A stretch of DNA of 64,000 bases from the NCBI GenBank assembly GCA_963702205.1, contig OY969724.1, positions 1,664,001-1,728,000 of the forward strand, written 5' to 3'. Both the position numbers and the translations under genes were made by a program. The notes below the pieces were generated by a model. That model was not told the origin of the DNA. It saw nothing but the letters and a program-made list of their open reading frames with translations, and searched no databases. This document shows, in pieces, positions 48,014 through 58,494 of this stretch (the stretch's first letter is position 1; each line of letters begins with the position of its first letter). Origin of the DNA: an uncultured candidate division Zixibacteria bacterium. GTDB lineage: Bacteria; Zixibacteria; MSB-5A5; GN15; PGXB01.

Positions 48014-49949
48014 ATGATGAGTACAAAATTCGGTCATGACCTTCGGGTCGCACTATTGTTTGCCATGGTTTTACTCCTGCTGTCGATGCCGATGGTTTTC
48101 GCGCAGGAAACCGTCGCCAGCGGCGAAAAGATCGTGACCAGTCGGTACGGGCATGGCGTCAACCGCTCAACCCCTGGCCTCGGAAGCGGCCGTGGAAATA
48201 TTGGGCAAGGGCGGCAATGCCGTCGATGCCGCCGTGGCGGCGGCGTTTGCCATCGGGGTCGTGGAACCGGACGGATCCGGTGTCGGCGGCGGCGGCGCCA
48301 TGGTGATTTACCTGAATAAATCCCAGGAAGCGCACTATATAAATTACTACCAGATGGCTCCCGAGAATGTCATTTCCGTTAATTATAATCCCGAGACGGA
48401 CCGGCATACGGGTAAAGCCGTGTTGATTCCCGGCACCGTAGCCGGGCTGACCGAGGCATTGTCGGAGTTCGGAACGCTTCCGCTCGCGACGGTGATGGAA
48501 CCGGCGATCAGGTACGCCGAGGATGGATTTGAGATCGACCGGACTCTGGCGCAGCTGCTTCTGGATAATTCCTTCTGGATTCAGGAAAACGATTCGGCGG
48601 CGTCGATCTTTCTGGATGAGGGTTTTCCTTTGATGGAAGGCGACATTCTGCGCCAGCCGGAGCTTGCCAATACGCTCAAGGCCATTGCCGCGAACGGCCG
48701 CGACGGATTCTACAAGGGTCCGGTGGCGGAAGCCATCGTATCCGAAATTCAGCGCACCGGCGGGGCCTTGTCTTTGTCCGATTTGGCCGGTTACAAGGCC
48801 GATGTTTCGGCCCCGTTGTATGGTACATATAGGGGATATGAAGTTTATTCGGCCGGTGTTCCGCAATCCGGTGAAGCGATTATTGAAGCGCTGAACATGC
48901 TGGAACAGGTTGACCTCAGGAAGATGGGGCACTTTTCGACGCACGCCAGGACGTTGCACCTGATGGCCGAAACCTTCCGAAAGGTTTATGCCGACCGCTG
49001 GCGGTACATGGGTGATCCGAAATTCGCCGCTATACCGATTAATGGTCTGATATCGAAAGCATACGCCCGCGACCGGTTCGGCGACGTCAATCCGTTTATG
49101 GCCGAACCGCGAGAATACAGGGCAACCACCGAGGGTTTTCCGTTCAAGTACGATAACCTCAAGCCGACCGCGAAGAGCAATGTCACATTCGATAATGAGA
49201 ACAAACCCGTCTGGGACGACGAAAACGAAGACGGCAAGACGTCGTACGACGACTGGGGCGAGGATATGTTCGACAGCTGGGGCGGAGTAAAAAAGAAAGA
49301 CAAGGACAAGAATAAAGATAAGGTGACGACCAAAAAGAATAAGGCGGCCAAAGACACGCTTCAGATCGAACCGCCTCCCGACGAAGACGAATTCGACGGG
49401 CATACCACGCACCTGTCGGTCATAGATAAAGACGGTAACATGGTGGCGTTGACCCAGACGCTGGGGACGTTTTTCGGTTCCGGCCAGATGGCGGCCGGGG
49501 TACTGCTCAACTGCGGCATGTCCAATTTCTCGGCCACGGCGGCCGTGAACATGGTTGAACCTTTGAAAAGACCGCGCAGTTCGATATCACCGACGCTCAT
49601 TCTCAAAGACGGCAAACCGTTCATGATTCTCGGTTCGCCGGGAGCCGCCCGGATTATCTGCACGGTGGTCGAGTTGATCGTCGATGCCATCGATTTTAAT
49701 ATGAACGTGTACGACGCCAACTGGGCGCCGCGCTTTTATTGCCAGAAATATGAAGATTATTTATACCTCGAAGGTGGTATCTCCAAAGAAGTGCAAACCG
49801 ACCTGGAGAGAATGGGACATACCATTCGCGTCTATTCCGATCGCGACCTGTTCTTCGGGGGTGCACAGCTAATATATGTTGATCCGGTTACCGGGCTGTA
49901 CTATGGCTCGGCCGACAAGCGCAGGGGGGGCAAGGCGATCGGGGAATAG
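48014..49949 (+). CDS. ggt: Gamma-glutamyltransferase (GGT/CapD-like), exported (apparent frameshift at ~48146)
   Basis: GGNAVDAAVA, SGVGGGG, HTTHLS (nucleophile Thr), RPRSSISP, GSPG, D.RRGG. The signal peptide lies in ORF 48014 and joins after removal of one G at GTAC 48145. Confidence 0.9.
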
Positions 49950-49975
49950 CCGGTGAAACGAACCCGGGTTTTTTA

Positions 49976-51124
49976 ATGATAATTGTTTTTGTAATTTTGT
50001 TCCTGTTGATTTCACTTCTGGTGTTCGAAAAAATCGACACGACCAGGAAAGTGCATCAAATTCGTCTGCGGATTCACGTCAACGGGACGCGCGGCAAATC
50101 CAGCGTGACGCGCTATATTGCCGCCGGTCTCCGCCACAACGGTCGCCGGACTTTTGCCAAGATAACCGGGACTGTCCCGACCATAATTTTTCCGGACGGC
50201 TCCGACCGGACCATACAACGACCTTCGACGCCCCGCGTTCAGGAACAGTTCACGATCATCCGTTATGCCGCGCAGCACCGGGCTCAGTGCCTGGCGCTGG
50301 AGTGCATGTCGCTCAATCCGGAGCTGCAGCGCCTCGAGGGACGAATTTATCGGCCGCATATTCTCGTGATGACCTCGATTACCGACGACCATCGCGAACA
50401 TCTCGGCTTGAACCCGGTACAGCAGGCCGAGGCGATTTGTGATGCCATGCCCGAGCACGCCATCGTCATCGCCGAGGACAACGGCAATATCGACGTAATC
50501 AGGCGGTACGCTCTGAAGAAAAACTGCGACGTGGTCATCGCGACCCTTCCCGATGAATATACCATGCCACAAATCCCCGACGGGGCGTATGCCGCCAATA
50601 TCGCGCTGGCTCTTACGGCTTGCCGGGAGGCGGGTGTCGATGACTCGGTGTCTTTGCCGGCCATCCTGGGAGAAGCACGGAGGATTGCGGACGAAGCGGT
50701 TGTCCTCGAAGACGTCGGGCCCAATGTTGCTTTTGTCAACGGTTTCGCGGTGAACGACGTGCCTTCGGCGATCGGCTTTCTTGAAAAGTGGCGCGACCAA
50801 TTGCAGTCGATTACCAATTTCGTCGTGATATTAAACACGCGCAACGATCGCCCAATTCGGTCGCGCATGTTTGCCGAATGGCTGGCGGGCGTGTCCGATC
50901 CTCTTAAAGTAATTTTGACCGGAAATCATGTCTGGTATACCCGTCGGGCTCTGACTCATTTCGGGATGAACCCGGAGGCCGTACAGGTTTGGAAGAGCAA
51001 ACATGTCAGTGACGCCCGGTCGTATTTGAAAACATTGAACCTGAAAGATTCACTCGTGGTCGGTTTGGGCAATATACAGGGGGATGGATTTAAGGTGATT
51101 TCATCGATGGGGTCGGAGGTCTGA
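49976..51124 (+). CDS. pgsB: Poly-gamma-glutamate synthase PgsB/CapB
   Basis: RIHVNGTRGKSSVTR, AKITG, EQ, LECM, DHREHLG, NGFAVND, R.DR..RS and GLGNIQG. Confidence 0.93.
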   Translation: MIIVFVILFLLISLLVFEKIDTTRKVHQIRLRIHVNGTRGKSSVTRYIAAGLRHNGRRTFAKITGTVPTIIFPDGSDRTIQRPSTPRVQEQFTIIRYAAQHRAQCLALECMSLNPELQRLEGRIYRPHILVMTSITDDHREHLGLNPVQQAEAICDAMPEHAIVIAEDNGNIDVIRRYALKKNCDVVIATLPDEYTMPQIPDGAYAANIALALTACREAGVDDSVSLPAILGEARRIADEAVVLEDVGPNVAFVNGFAVNDVPSAIGFLEKWRDQLQSITNFVVILNTRNDRPIRSRMFAEWLAGVSDPLKVILTGNHVWYTRRALTHFGMNPEAVQVWKSKHVSDARSYLKTLNLKDSLVVGLGNIQGDGFKVISSMGSEV

Positions 51125-51125
51125 G

Positions 51126-51555
51126 ATGCTGTACCAGGTACTTTTTCATAGGCCTGGCGGTCGGCTTCATATTTTACGAACTGACCGGCGTCTCTCCGGG
51201 CGGCGTCATCGCCCCGGCCTATTTCGCCCTGTTCGTCCATCAGCCCGGCAAGATCGTCATGACCATAGTCCTGGCGCTCATAGTCTGGGGCATCCTGGAG
51301 TTGTTGACATCGCGTCTGATACTTTACGGACGGCGTCGTCTGCTTCTGGCCTTGCTTCTCGGTTTCGGGTTGAAAGTGGTCATCGAAAAATGGGTGCAGC
51401 CCATGCCTTTGTTCACATTCGATTTGAAATCGATAGGCTATATAATTCCGGGCCTGATCGCCAATGAAATTGCCCGGCAAAAGCTGGTCCTGACCCTGTC
51501 GGGGCTCGGTATCGTAACCGTGGTTACCTACCTGATAATACTGCTGATTAAGTAA
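51126..51555 (+). CDS. pgsC: Poly-gamma-glutamate biosynthesis protein PgsC/CapC (apparent frameshift at ~51138)
   Basis: The corrected frame gives FFIGLAVGFIFYELTGVSPGGVIAPAYFAL...ILYGRRR...IGYIIPGLIAN. Confidence 0.92.
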
Positions 51556-51561
51556 CGTGCT

Positions 51562-52734
51562 ATGAACATAAAAAAACTGACATACGGACTCGCGGTCGTA
51601 TGTATCCTGGCGATAGCGGCCGCCGTGCTGATCGAATCCTACATGGTGAAAAGCATCGAGCATCCCTGTACGACCGATATGGTGCACGCCTCGCGACTGA
51701 CCGCCGAATGGTACAATCGAATCGGCGAGATGAAGCGTCAGCGGGGAATCGAGACACCCGATCACACCATCCGCTACTGGGGGATGATCGGCGCGGATTA
51801 TACCCCCATGACGACGACGCTGGGAACGCTGGAAGCGAAAGAGACGTCGTGCAATCCCGATTTTTCGGCCCTGATCGTACGGTTTATGTCGGAGACCGGT
51901 GTAGATTCCAACTCGGTGGTCGGCGTGGTCATGTCCGGATCGTTTCCGGCGCTGGCGATCGCGACCCTGGCGGCGCTTCAGACGGTTGGAGCCGATGCCA
52001 TAGTTTTCAGCTCGCTCGGTTCCTCGTGTTACGGGGCCAACCAGGACGGAGGGACCTGGCTCGACATGGAGCACTGGTTGATCGATCACGGTGGTCTGAA
52101 ATATTCCTCGCGACTGGTGACTCCGGGCGCTGAAAACGACAACGGTGGCGGTATGACCGAAGAAGGTCTGGCTATTATCGAAAAGGCTGCCGCCCGCAAC
52201 GGCGTTCAGCTTTTCCGGCCCAAAGACCTCGACGACGCGATACAAACGAAAACAAAGATATTGACCGATGCCGGCATCGACCTGATAATAAACATTGGCG
52301 GGAATCAGGCGTCGCTGGGCACATACCCGCAGGCGTCCTTGATCCCGACCGGCTACCATTTCGATCTTCCTCCCGGCGACAGCCCCGAGCGCGGCATACT
52401 GGCCCGGATCGCCGAACAAAATATACCGTACATTCATCTGCTCAATATTCGCGATCTGGCCAGCCGCTACGATATCCCGATCAGCCCGGCCAAAAATACG
52501 GGCCCCTCGATATTCGTCTACAGCGAGCGGGAAACGTCGCCCCTGGCGATCCTGCTTACTCTCGGTCTGACGGGAGCCGCTCTCGTCGCGTCGCGAATGT
52601 ATGCCTCCGAAAACAAACCGCGCCGGTCACCGTACATCACCGCCGCGGCAAACAACAAAAACCCACCGTTTCAATCAATACTTACCGAAAACAATTCAAA
52701 TCTGGCACCTTCACACAAGGAGGAACAATGTTAA
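51562..52734 (+). CDS. pgsW: Poly-gamma-glutamate system protein PgsW
   Basis: TTTLGTLEAK.TS.NP, SGSFPAL, SSLGSSCYGAN, INIGG and IHLLNI; follows pgsB-pgsC. Confidence 0.88.
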   Translation: MNIKKLTYGLAVVCILAIAAAVLIESYMVKSIEHPCTTDMVHASRLTAEWYNRIGEMKRQRGIETPDHTIRYWGMIGADYTPMTTTLGTLEAKETSCNPDFSALIVRFMSETGVDSNSVVGVVMSGSFPALAIATLAALQTVGADAIVFSSLGSSCYGANQDGGTWLDMEHWLIDHGGLKYSSRLVTPGAENDNGGGMTEEGLAIIEKAAARNGVQLFRPKDLDDAIQTKTKILTDAGIDLIINIGGNQASLGTYPQASLIPTGYHFDLPPGDSPERGILARIAEQNIPYIHLLNIRDLASRYDIPISPAKNTGPSIFVYSERETSPLAILLTLGLTGAALVASRMYASENKPRRSPYITAAANNKNPPFQSILTENNSNLAPSHKEEQC

Positions 52735-55700
52735 GCCTTTTGCAAATGAAAAAACTGGACGGCTTTATGGCCAAAAACACGATGACAGTTGTACTGCTCG
52801 CGGTTTTGGTTGCGTTATTGCCGCCTTTAACCGGTTACAGCCAGGTCACCGCCACCGGCGATTTGACCGCCCGGATCGACAGTATAATCGCTTTAATACC
52901 GGATGTATCTCCGGCGGACTTGTACGTCGGTCCGAATACATCGCAGCAGACGCTGTGGCGGTCGATTATCCAGGATATGTTGAATGCCGACTATTCTTCG
53001 GCCAACAGCTCGGCGTCAACGATTGACTATGAAGTGGTCGAATTTACTGATGACACCTATAACCCGGCAAAGACGTTTTATGTCCTGGAACGAAAGCCAA
53101 TGGCGACAAGTTATTACTGGGGAACTTTCATTTTTAACCCGGATCCACGTCGGCCCAAGTTGGTAATTCAATGCCCTCACCCGGTAGACAATATTAATAC
53201 CGGTTATGAAGGGCTGCGAGTATTTGAAACTGCCGAAGCCTGGATTTATTTCGTGGCCGGGACGAGCAAATGCAACTCGACGTCATATACGGCGTGCGAT
53301 GGAACTTCTACCTCGTGTTCGGTGACCGAAGAACCATACCGCGACTGCGACCAGGCTCATATTGTCGACGGGACATTTCAAATGACGACCGAGGAAATCC
53401 TGTCCATCTCGCCCGATATTATCGTAATCCAGCCTCACGGTTACAGCCGGGATCCGGATGATCCGAGCATTATTATGAGCAATGGGTCGTATTTTACGCC
53501 GGCCGAAGATCCGCTCCCGACTTTGCGTGACAATCTGCTTTTAATCGATAACAGTCTGACCTTTAAGCTCCCGCATCTGGAATCGTGGACGTTTTTTGTC
53601 GGACGCGAGAACGCCCAGGGCAGACTGATGAATCAGTCGACTGATCCGTGCGGAGAATTTGCAACATCAAGTACCGGTCAGTTTCTTCATCTTGAACAGC
53701 GATACGCGGGCTTGCGCGATACGGAAGCTAACTGGATGAAACTGGCCAATGCCGTGGCACTTACTTTCCCGGCCCTGGGCCAGATCACGTCGGCTCAGTC
53801 CGGCCCATGGACTTCACCTTCAACCTGGGTCGGTGGAGAAGTGCCGACGTCCGAAGACGACGTTCTGATCGCTGCCGAACATACGATTTCGGTCGATGAT
53901 CTTTCGGCCGTGTGTCATTCGGTAATGTTCGGCGATACTTCGTCGCATATAGACATGAACCAGAACAGCCGCCTTGATATCTACGGCGATTTCACTTTAT
54001 TCAGTGAAGAACACAACGTATTTTCAGCCGGGTGGTCGTCGACCAATGCCACCGTACGGTTTGTCGGCTACGATGCAATTCAGGATTTGAGCGGCTGGAG
54101 TACGACCGGCGGCTCGACTGCTTTCCGCGACGTCGTTATCGACAAGCCGAACGGCAAAGTAGTCACCGGCGGAACCGGCATGCGTCTCGGCCTCCAGAAC
54201 AGCCTTGAAATTGTCAACGGTGCTCTGGAGCTTTCTCCCGATGATGACATTGAAGCGCGCTGGGCATCGAGCGGGAATTTCACGGAAAATCAGGAACTTA
54301 TAATTACCGTACAAGCCGGTGCCCAGTTTACACTGATAGACGGTGACGGGACACACTTCATCCGAAGTGGCGTCGATCTGCCTATCGGCAAGATGACCCT
54401 TTACGGGTCCGCCACGTTCACCGACGCCAGTTCTTATGATATCAACATCGACGATATCGACGTGATGGAGGGCGGCACCCTGAACCTTGATGCCGGTCTG
54501 GGAAGTACGACGTACGGCCCCGAATTCAATCCGGGCATTGTTACGGTCGCATCGGGCGGAGAAATATCGAACACGACGACCAGCGAAATCTGGTTCGATA
54601 CGTCGGTGGTAGTTCTCGATCAGGGAGCCACATATAAGACAACCAGTGTAACGACGGTATTCCCGTCGACGTTCACGAACAACGGTAAAGTCCGTTATCA
54701 GCGCGATTTCGCGACTTTGACCGATGACCAGGTCGTCGGCGATATGGATTATTATGACGTCGAGTTCAGCTTCCTGAGCAACAATACGAAAAAGATCTGG
54801 ACTCTGGACGGCGATCGCGCGGTTACGGACAGCCTGACGATCAACAACGACGTCGATTTTAGGCTTCAGGCCGACGCAGCACACACTCTGAACGTCGGAA
54901 GCTATCTTCGTCTTTCCAGCGGTTCGTTCGATAATTCGGACGCCGACGCGACTCTGGAATTAGCCGACAACGCCTTGATTTCGCGCGCCACGGGGACTTT
55001 GTCTTCGGCGCCGGATTTTCTCGGCGTGGTCAACCTTCGCTACACCAGTACGTCGACATCGGTTTTGGTCGGTCCGGAATTTCCGACCGATCCGAGTGTC
55101 CTGAACGACATAACCGTGATATGCGGAACGCAGACGGTGACATTGAGCAACGATGCGACTGCCAACGGCACGGTGACTCTTTCCAACGGCACATTCGACA
55201 TCGATGGTACCGAAGGCGATTATACTCTTTATCTGGCCGATGGCGCCACAATCAGGCGGGCCACGGGTGAATTCTCGACGGCACCGACGTTCGGTGCCAA
55301 CGTTGATTTGAATTACATTAGTACAGTAGGCAGCGTCACGACCGGGAACGAAATGCCCACCAGCACCAGCACCTTGAGAAATCTGACGATCAGCGGCACC
55401 AAAGGTGTGACTCTTGGTTCTGATATTACGGTCAACGGCACGCTGGACGTACAGGCCAGTATGCTCAGCACGGATGCTCATACCATTACGCTGGCTGCAG
55501 GCGCGAATCTTATAGAAGATTCCCCGTATTCGGTTAACGGCAATATAACTGCGACGCGCGCGGTATCGATGGGAGTCAATAACGACTTCGGCAATATCGG
55601 CGTGGAAATCAACGCGGCCGGTGACGATCCCGGTTCAACCACGGTTCTGCGCGTAACCGGCACCGCACCGACACTTCCCGGCGTGCAGGGGATCAACCGG

Positions 55701-58310
55701 TTCATCGACATATCACCGACCGTCAACGACGGCCTGAACGCCACGCTGGTATTTCATTATGATGAAAGCGAACTCAACGGCGTCCCCGAGGCCAACCTGA
55801 CGCTGTACCATTCCGATAACGGCGGCAGCAGCTGGACGCCTCGCGGCGGCGTGGTCAATGAGGTGGCCAATACCGTCACGCTGACCGGCGTGAATGAATT
55901 CTCGCTGTGGACCCTCGGTGGAACGGCCCAGGGAATCATCCTCACGGCGCAATCCGGTTCGTGGACCAGCGGCAGTACGTGGCAGGGTGGTACGGTCCCG
56001 ACTTCGACCGACGACGTCATGATCCTGTCCGGTCACAACGTATCCGTTGACGATAACATGGCGGAATGCCATTCGATTACATTCGGCGGCGAGGATGCGC
56101 ATATCGACATGAACGCCAACAGCCGTCTCGACGTTTACGGCGATTTTACGCTGTTCAGTGAAAACCATAACGTCTTCTCGGCCGGCTGGTCGGCGGAAAA
56201 CGCTTATATCCGTTTCACCGGCGGCGAATTGCAGACTCTTTCGGGATGGAGCACGACCGCAGGTTCCACCTCGTTCCGCGACATGATCGTCGAAAAAGAC
56301 AGCGCCACGGTTATCCAGACCGAGGGCAAAGGCGATCCGGGCATGAGGCTGTCCTTGCAGAACAGCCTCGAAATCATCAGCGGTATTCTTCAGTTCAACG
56401 AAGGTGACGACATCGAAGCCCGCTGGGTAACATCGGGTGACCGCACCGAAAATCAGGACCTGACCATTTACGTCCACCCCGGGGCGGAGATTAATTTCCT
56501 TGATGGGGTCGGAACACACTTCATCCGCAGCGGCATTGGAATTCCGATCGGGAAGATGACCGTTGCCGGCTGGGTCGAACTGTATGACGCCAGTTCCTAT
56601 GATTATAATATTAACAATATTGAAATACTCGACGGCGGGACGTTCAAAATCGGCACCGGATTGGGTAGCACGACGTACGGACCCGAATTCAATCCCGGCG
56701 TGATTTCAATCGATTCCGGCGGCAGTCTTTATTCGGTTACCACGACCGACGTCTGGTTCGATACTTCGGTTGTCGATTTAAAGCCGGGCGGAACCTATAA
56801 GATCAATAGCAGCAGCACTTTTTTCCCGCCGACGCTTTATAACAACGGCAAGGTTCGTTATCAGTGGAATCCGAGTTCGTCCTCTTCTGACCAGACGGTC
56901 GTGGATACCAATTATTACCAGGTCGAGTTCAGCTTCAATGGAAACGCCACGAAGAAAATCTGGACGCTCAACGATGACCGGACGGTAGCCGATAGTTTTA
57001 CTGTGAACAACGATTGTGAGGTAGTCCTTCAGGCCGACGCTCCTCTCTCGGTTACGGTTGACGGCATTCTCCGCATGACCAGCGGCAATATCGATAACAG
57101 CGACGCCGATGCGACACTGGTTATCCCCGATGACGGCTGGATTTCGCGGGCTTATGGAACGATCGCCGCTGCTCCGATTTTTGAAGGAACGGCCAACGTG
57201 CGCTATACGAGCAACACCATAGCGGTGGAGACCGGTCCCGAACTTCCGACCGATCCCGGAACTTTAAAAGACCTGATCATCTATTCCACGGATCAATCCG
57301 TTACGCTGAGCGAAGATGCCACGGTAAACGGTGATATGACGCTTTCGACCGGTATATTCGACAATAACGGTACGGCCGACGACAAAGTGCTGACCATGGC
57401 CGACGGTTCAGGAATCCGGCGCGCCACCGCTGAACTTACGGCGGCTCCGTCATTTGCGGGAGTGGTTGACGTTGAATATATCAGCGAAGTCGGTGAAGTG
57501 ACGACCGGTCCCGAATTGCCCGTCAATCCGTCCGTACTGCGCGATTTGATCATCTCCGGCAACCAGGGAGTGAATCTCGGGGCCGACGTTACCGTCAACG
57601 GAACGCTCGGCATATTCGACAGCATTCTGACGACCGGTTCGTGGACCGTTACCCTGGCTCCGGCGGCCGAAATAGAGGAAGACTCCGGTTTTGTCGCCCA
57701 GGGCAATATAACGACGACCCGTACTCTGGCACAGGGTGTTAATGAAACCTTCGGAGCCCTCGGGCTGGAAATCAACGCCGCCGGTGCCGCTCCCGGCGCG
57801 ACAAGCGTCCTGCGGGTTACCGGGACGGCTCAGGCCCTCTCGGGCGGTTCAAGCATCCTGAGGTACTTCGACGTTGCCCCCACGGTTAATTCCGGCCTGG
57901 ATGCCACACTCGTGTTTCATTACGATGAAGGCGAGTTGAACGGTTTGTCCGAATCGGGCCTGCAGTTGTTCTCGTCAACCGACGGCGGTTCGAGTTGGAC
58001 GGCCCAGGGTGGGACGGTCGATGACGTTGCAAATACGGTTACGCTGACCGGCGTCAACGGCTTCTCGCTCTGGACGCTGGGTTCCGAAGCGGGATACGTG
58101 TGCGGTGACGCCAGCGGCGACGGAAACGTCAACCTGCTGGATATATTGTTCCTGATAGCATACAAGTACAATACTCCGGCGGGGCCGGCGCCGAGTCCGA
58201 TGGAAGCCGGTGACGCCAACGGTGACGGAAGCATCAACCTGCTGGATATTCTTTATTTGATTGCATACAAGTACAATACTCCTGTCGGTCCGGCGCCGAT
58301 TTGTCCGTGA
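52728..58310 (+). CDS. 1860-aa secreted protein: putative Zn-hydrolase head, two ~720-aa beta-rich modules, dockerin
   Basis: AGGAGG RBS and signal-like segment. Head has QCPH, IQPHG and HLEQ. Modules start SAQSG.W....TW.GG.VP (G8-like). Tail CGDASGDGNVNLLDIL...GDANGDGSINLLDIL. Confidence 0.88.
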   Translation: MLSLLQMKKLDGFMAKNTMTVVLLAVLVALLPPLTGYSQVTATGDLTARIDSIIALIPDVSPADLYVGPNTSQQTLWRSIIQDMLNADYSSANSSASTIDYEVVEFTDDTYNPAKTFYVLERKPMATSYYWGTFIFNPDPRRPKLVIQCPHPVDNINTGYEGLRVFETAEAWIYFVAGTSKCNSTSYTACDGTSTSCSVTEEPYRDCDQAHIVDGTFQMTTEEILSISPDIIVIQPHGYSRDPDDPSIIMSNGSYFTPAEDPLPTLRDNLLLIDNSLTFKLPHLESWTFFVGRENAQGRLMNQSTDPCGEFATSSTGQFLHLEQRYAGLRDTEANWMKLANAVALTFPALGQITSAQSGPWTSPSTWVGGEVPTSEDDVLIAAEHTISVDDLSAVCHSVMFGDTSSHIDMNQNSRLDIYGDFTLFSEEHNVFSAGWSSTNATVRFVGYDAIQDLSGWSTTGGSTAFRDVVIDKPNGKVVTGGTGMRLGLQNSLEIVNGALELSPDDDIEARWASSGNFTENQELIITVQAGAQFTLIDGDGTHFIRSGVDLPIGKMTLYGSATFTDASSYDINIDDIDVMEGGTLNLDAGLGSTTYGPEFNPGIVTVASGGEISNTTTSEIWFDTSVVVLDQGATYKTTSVTTVFPSTFTNNGKVRYQRDFATLTDDQVVGDMDYYDVEFSFLSNNTKKIWTLDGDRAVTDSLTINNDVDFRLQADAAHTLNVGSYLRLSSGSFDNSDADATLELADNALISRATGTLSSAPDFLGVVNLRYTSTSTSVLVGPEFPTDPSVLNDITVICGTQTVTLSNDATANGTVTLSNGTFDIDGTEGDYTLYLADGATIRRATGEFSTAPTFGANVDLNYISTVGSVTTGNEMPTSTSTLRNLTISGTKGVTLGSDITVNGTLDVQASMLSTDAHTITLAAGANLIEDSPYSVNGNITATRAVSMGVNNDFGNIGVEINAAGDDPGSTTVLRVTGTAPTLPGVQGINRFIDISPTVNDGLNATLVFHYDESELNGVPEANLTLYHSDNGGSSWTPRGGVVNEVANTVTLTGVNEFSLWTLGGTAQGIILTAQSGSWTSGSTWQGGTVPTSTDDVMILSGHNVSVDDNMAECHSITFGGEDAHIDMNANSRLDVYGDFTLFSENHNVFSAGWSAENAYIRFTGGELQTLSGWSTTAGSTSFRDMIVEKDSATVIQTEGKGDPGMRLSLQNSLEIISGILQFNEGDDIEARWVTSGDRTENQDLTIYVHPGAEINFLDGVGTHFIRSGIGIPIGKMTVAGWVELYDASSYDYNINNIEILDGGTFKIGTGLGSTTYGPEFNPGVISIDSGGSLYSVTTTDVWFDTSVVDLKPGGTYKINSSSTFFPPTLYNNGKVRYQWNPSSSSSDQTVVDTNYYQVEFSFNGNATKKIWTLNDDRTVADSFTVNNDCEVVLQADAPLSVTVDGILRMTSGNIDNSDADATLVIPDDGWISRAYGTIAAAPIFEGTANVRYTSNTIAVETGPELPTDPGTLKDLIIYSTDQSVTLSEDATVNGDMTLSTGIFDNNGTADDKVLTMADGSGIRRATAELTAAPSFAGVVDVEYISEVGEVTTGPELPVNPSVLRDLIISGNQGVNLGADVTVNGTLGIFDSILTTGSWTVTLAPAAEIEEDSGFVAQGNITTTRTLAQGVNETFGALGLEINAAGAAPGATSVLRVTGTAQALSGGSSILRYFDVAPTVNSGLDATLVFHYDEGELNGLSESGLQLFSSTDGGSSWTAQGGTVDDVANTVTLTGVNGFSLWTLGSEAGYVCGDASGDGNVNLLDILFLIAYKYNTPAGPAPSPMEAGDANGDGSINLLDILYLIAYKYNTPVGPAPICP

Positions 58311-58361
58311 CCTGCGGAAGTATAGTACTTATTAAATAAATAATCGAAATTGGATCGGGTC

Positions 58362-58390
58362 GGACGGCCAAAGCCGTCCGGCCCGCTTCC
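58362..58390 (+). terminator. GC-rich intergenic hairpin (terminator or mRNA-stabilising)
   Basis: CGGGTCGGACGGC-CAAA-GCCGTCCGGCCCG; no U-tract. Confidence 0.45.
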
Positions 58391-58494
58391 GGGAGTTGTG
58401 GATCATGAATTCAGAGGACAAAATGCCGGGACATCGCATGGATTTGACATCGCGCCGGTTCCTTCGGGACAAAATTCTCGGCTTTTGTCACCCG

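Noticed and set aside
41586..51555. PGA locus as a decaying set of pseudogenes or programmed frameshifts
   Set aside because: Each break is a single extra base at GTAC, with no other decay and no slippery heptamer, so sequencing error is more parsimonious. Read data are needed to be certain.
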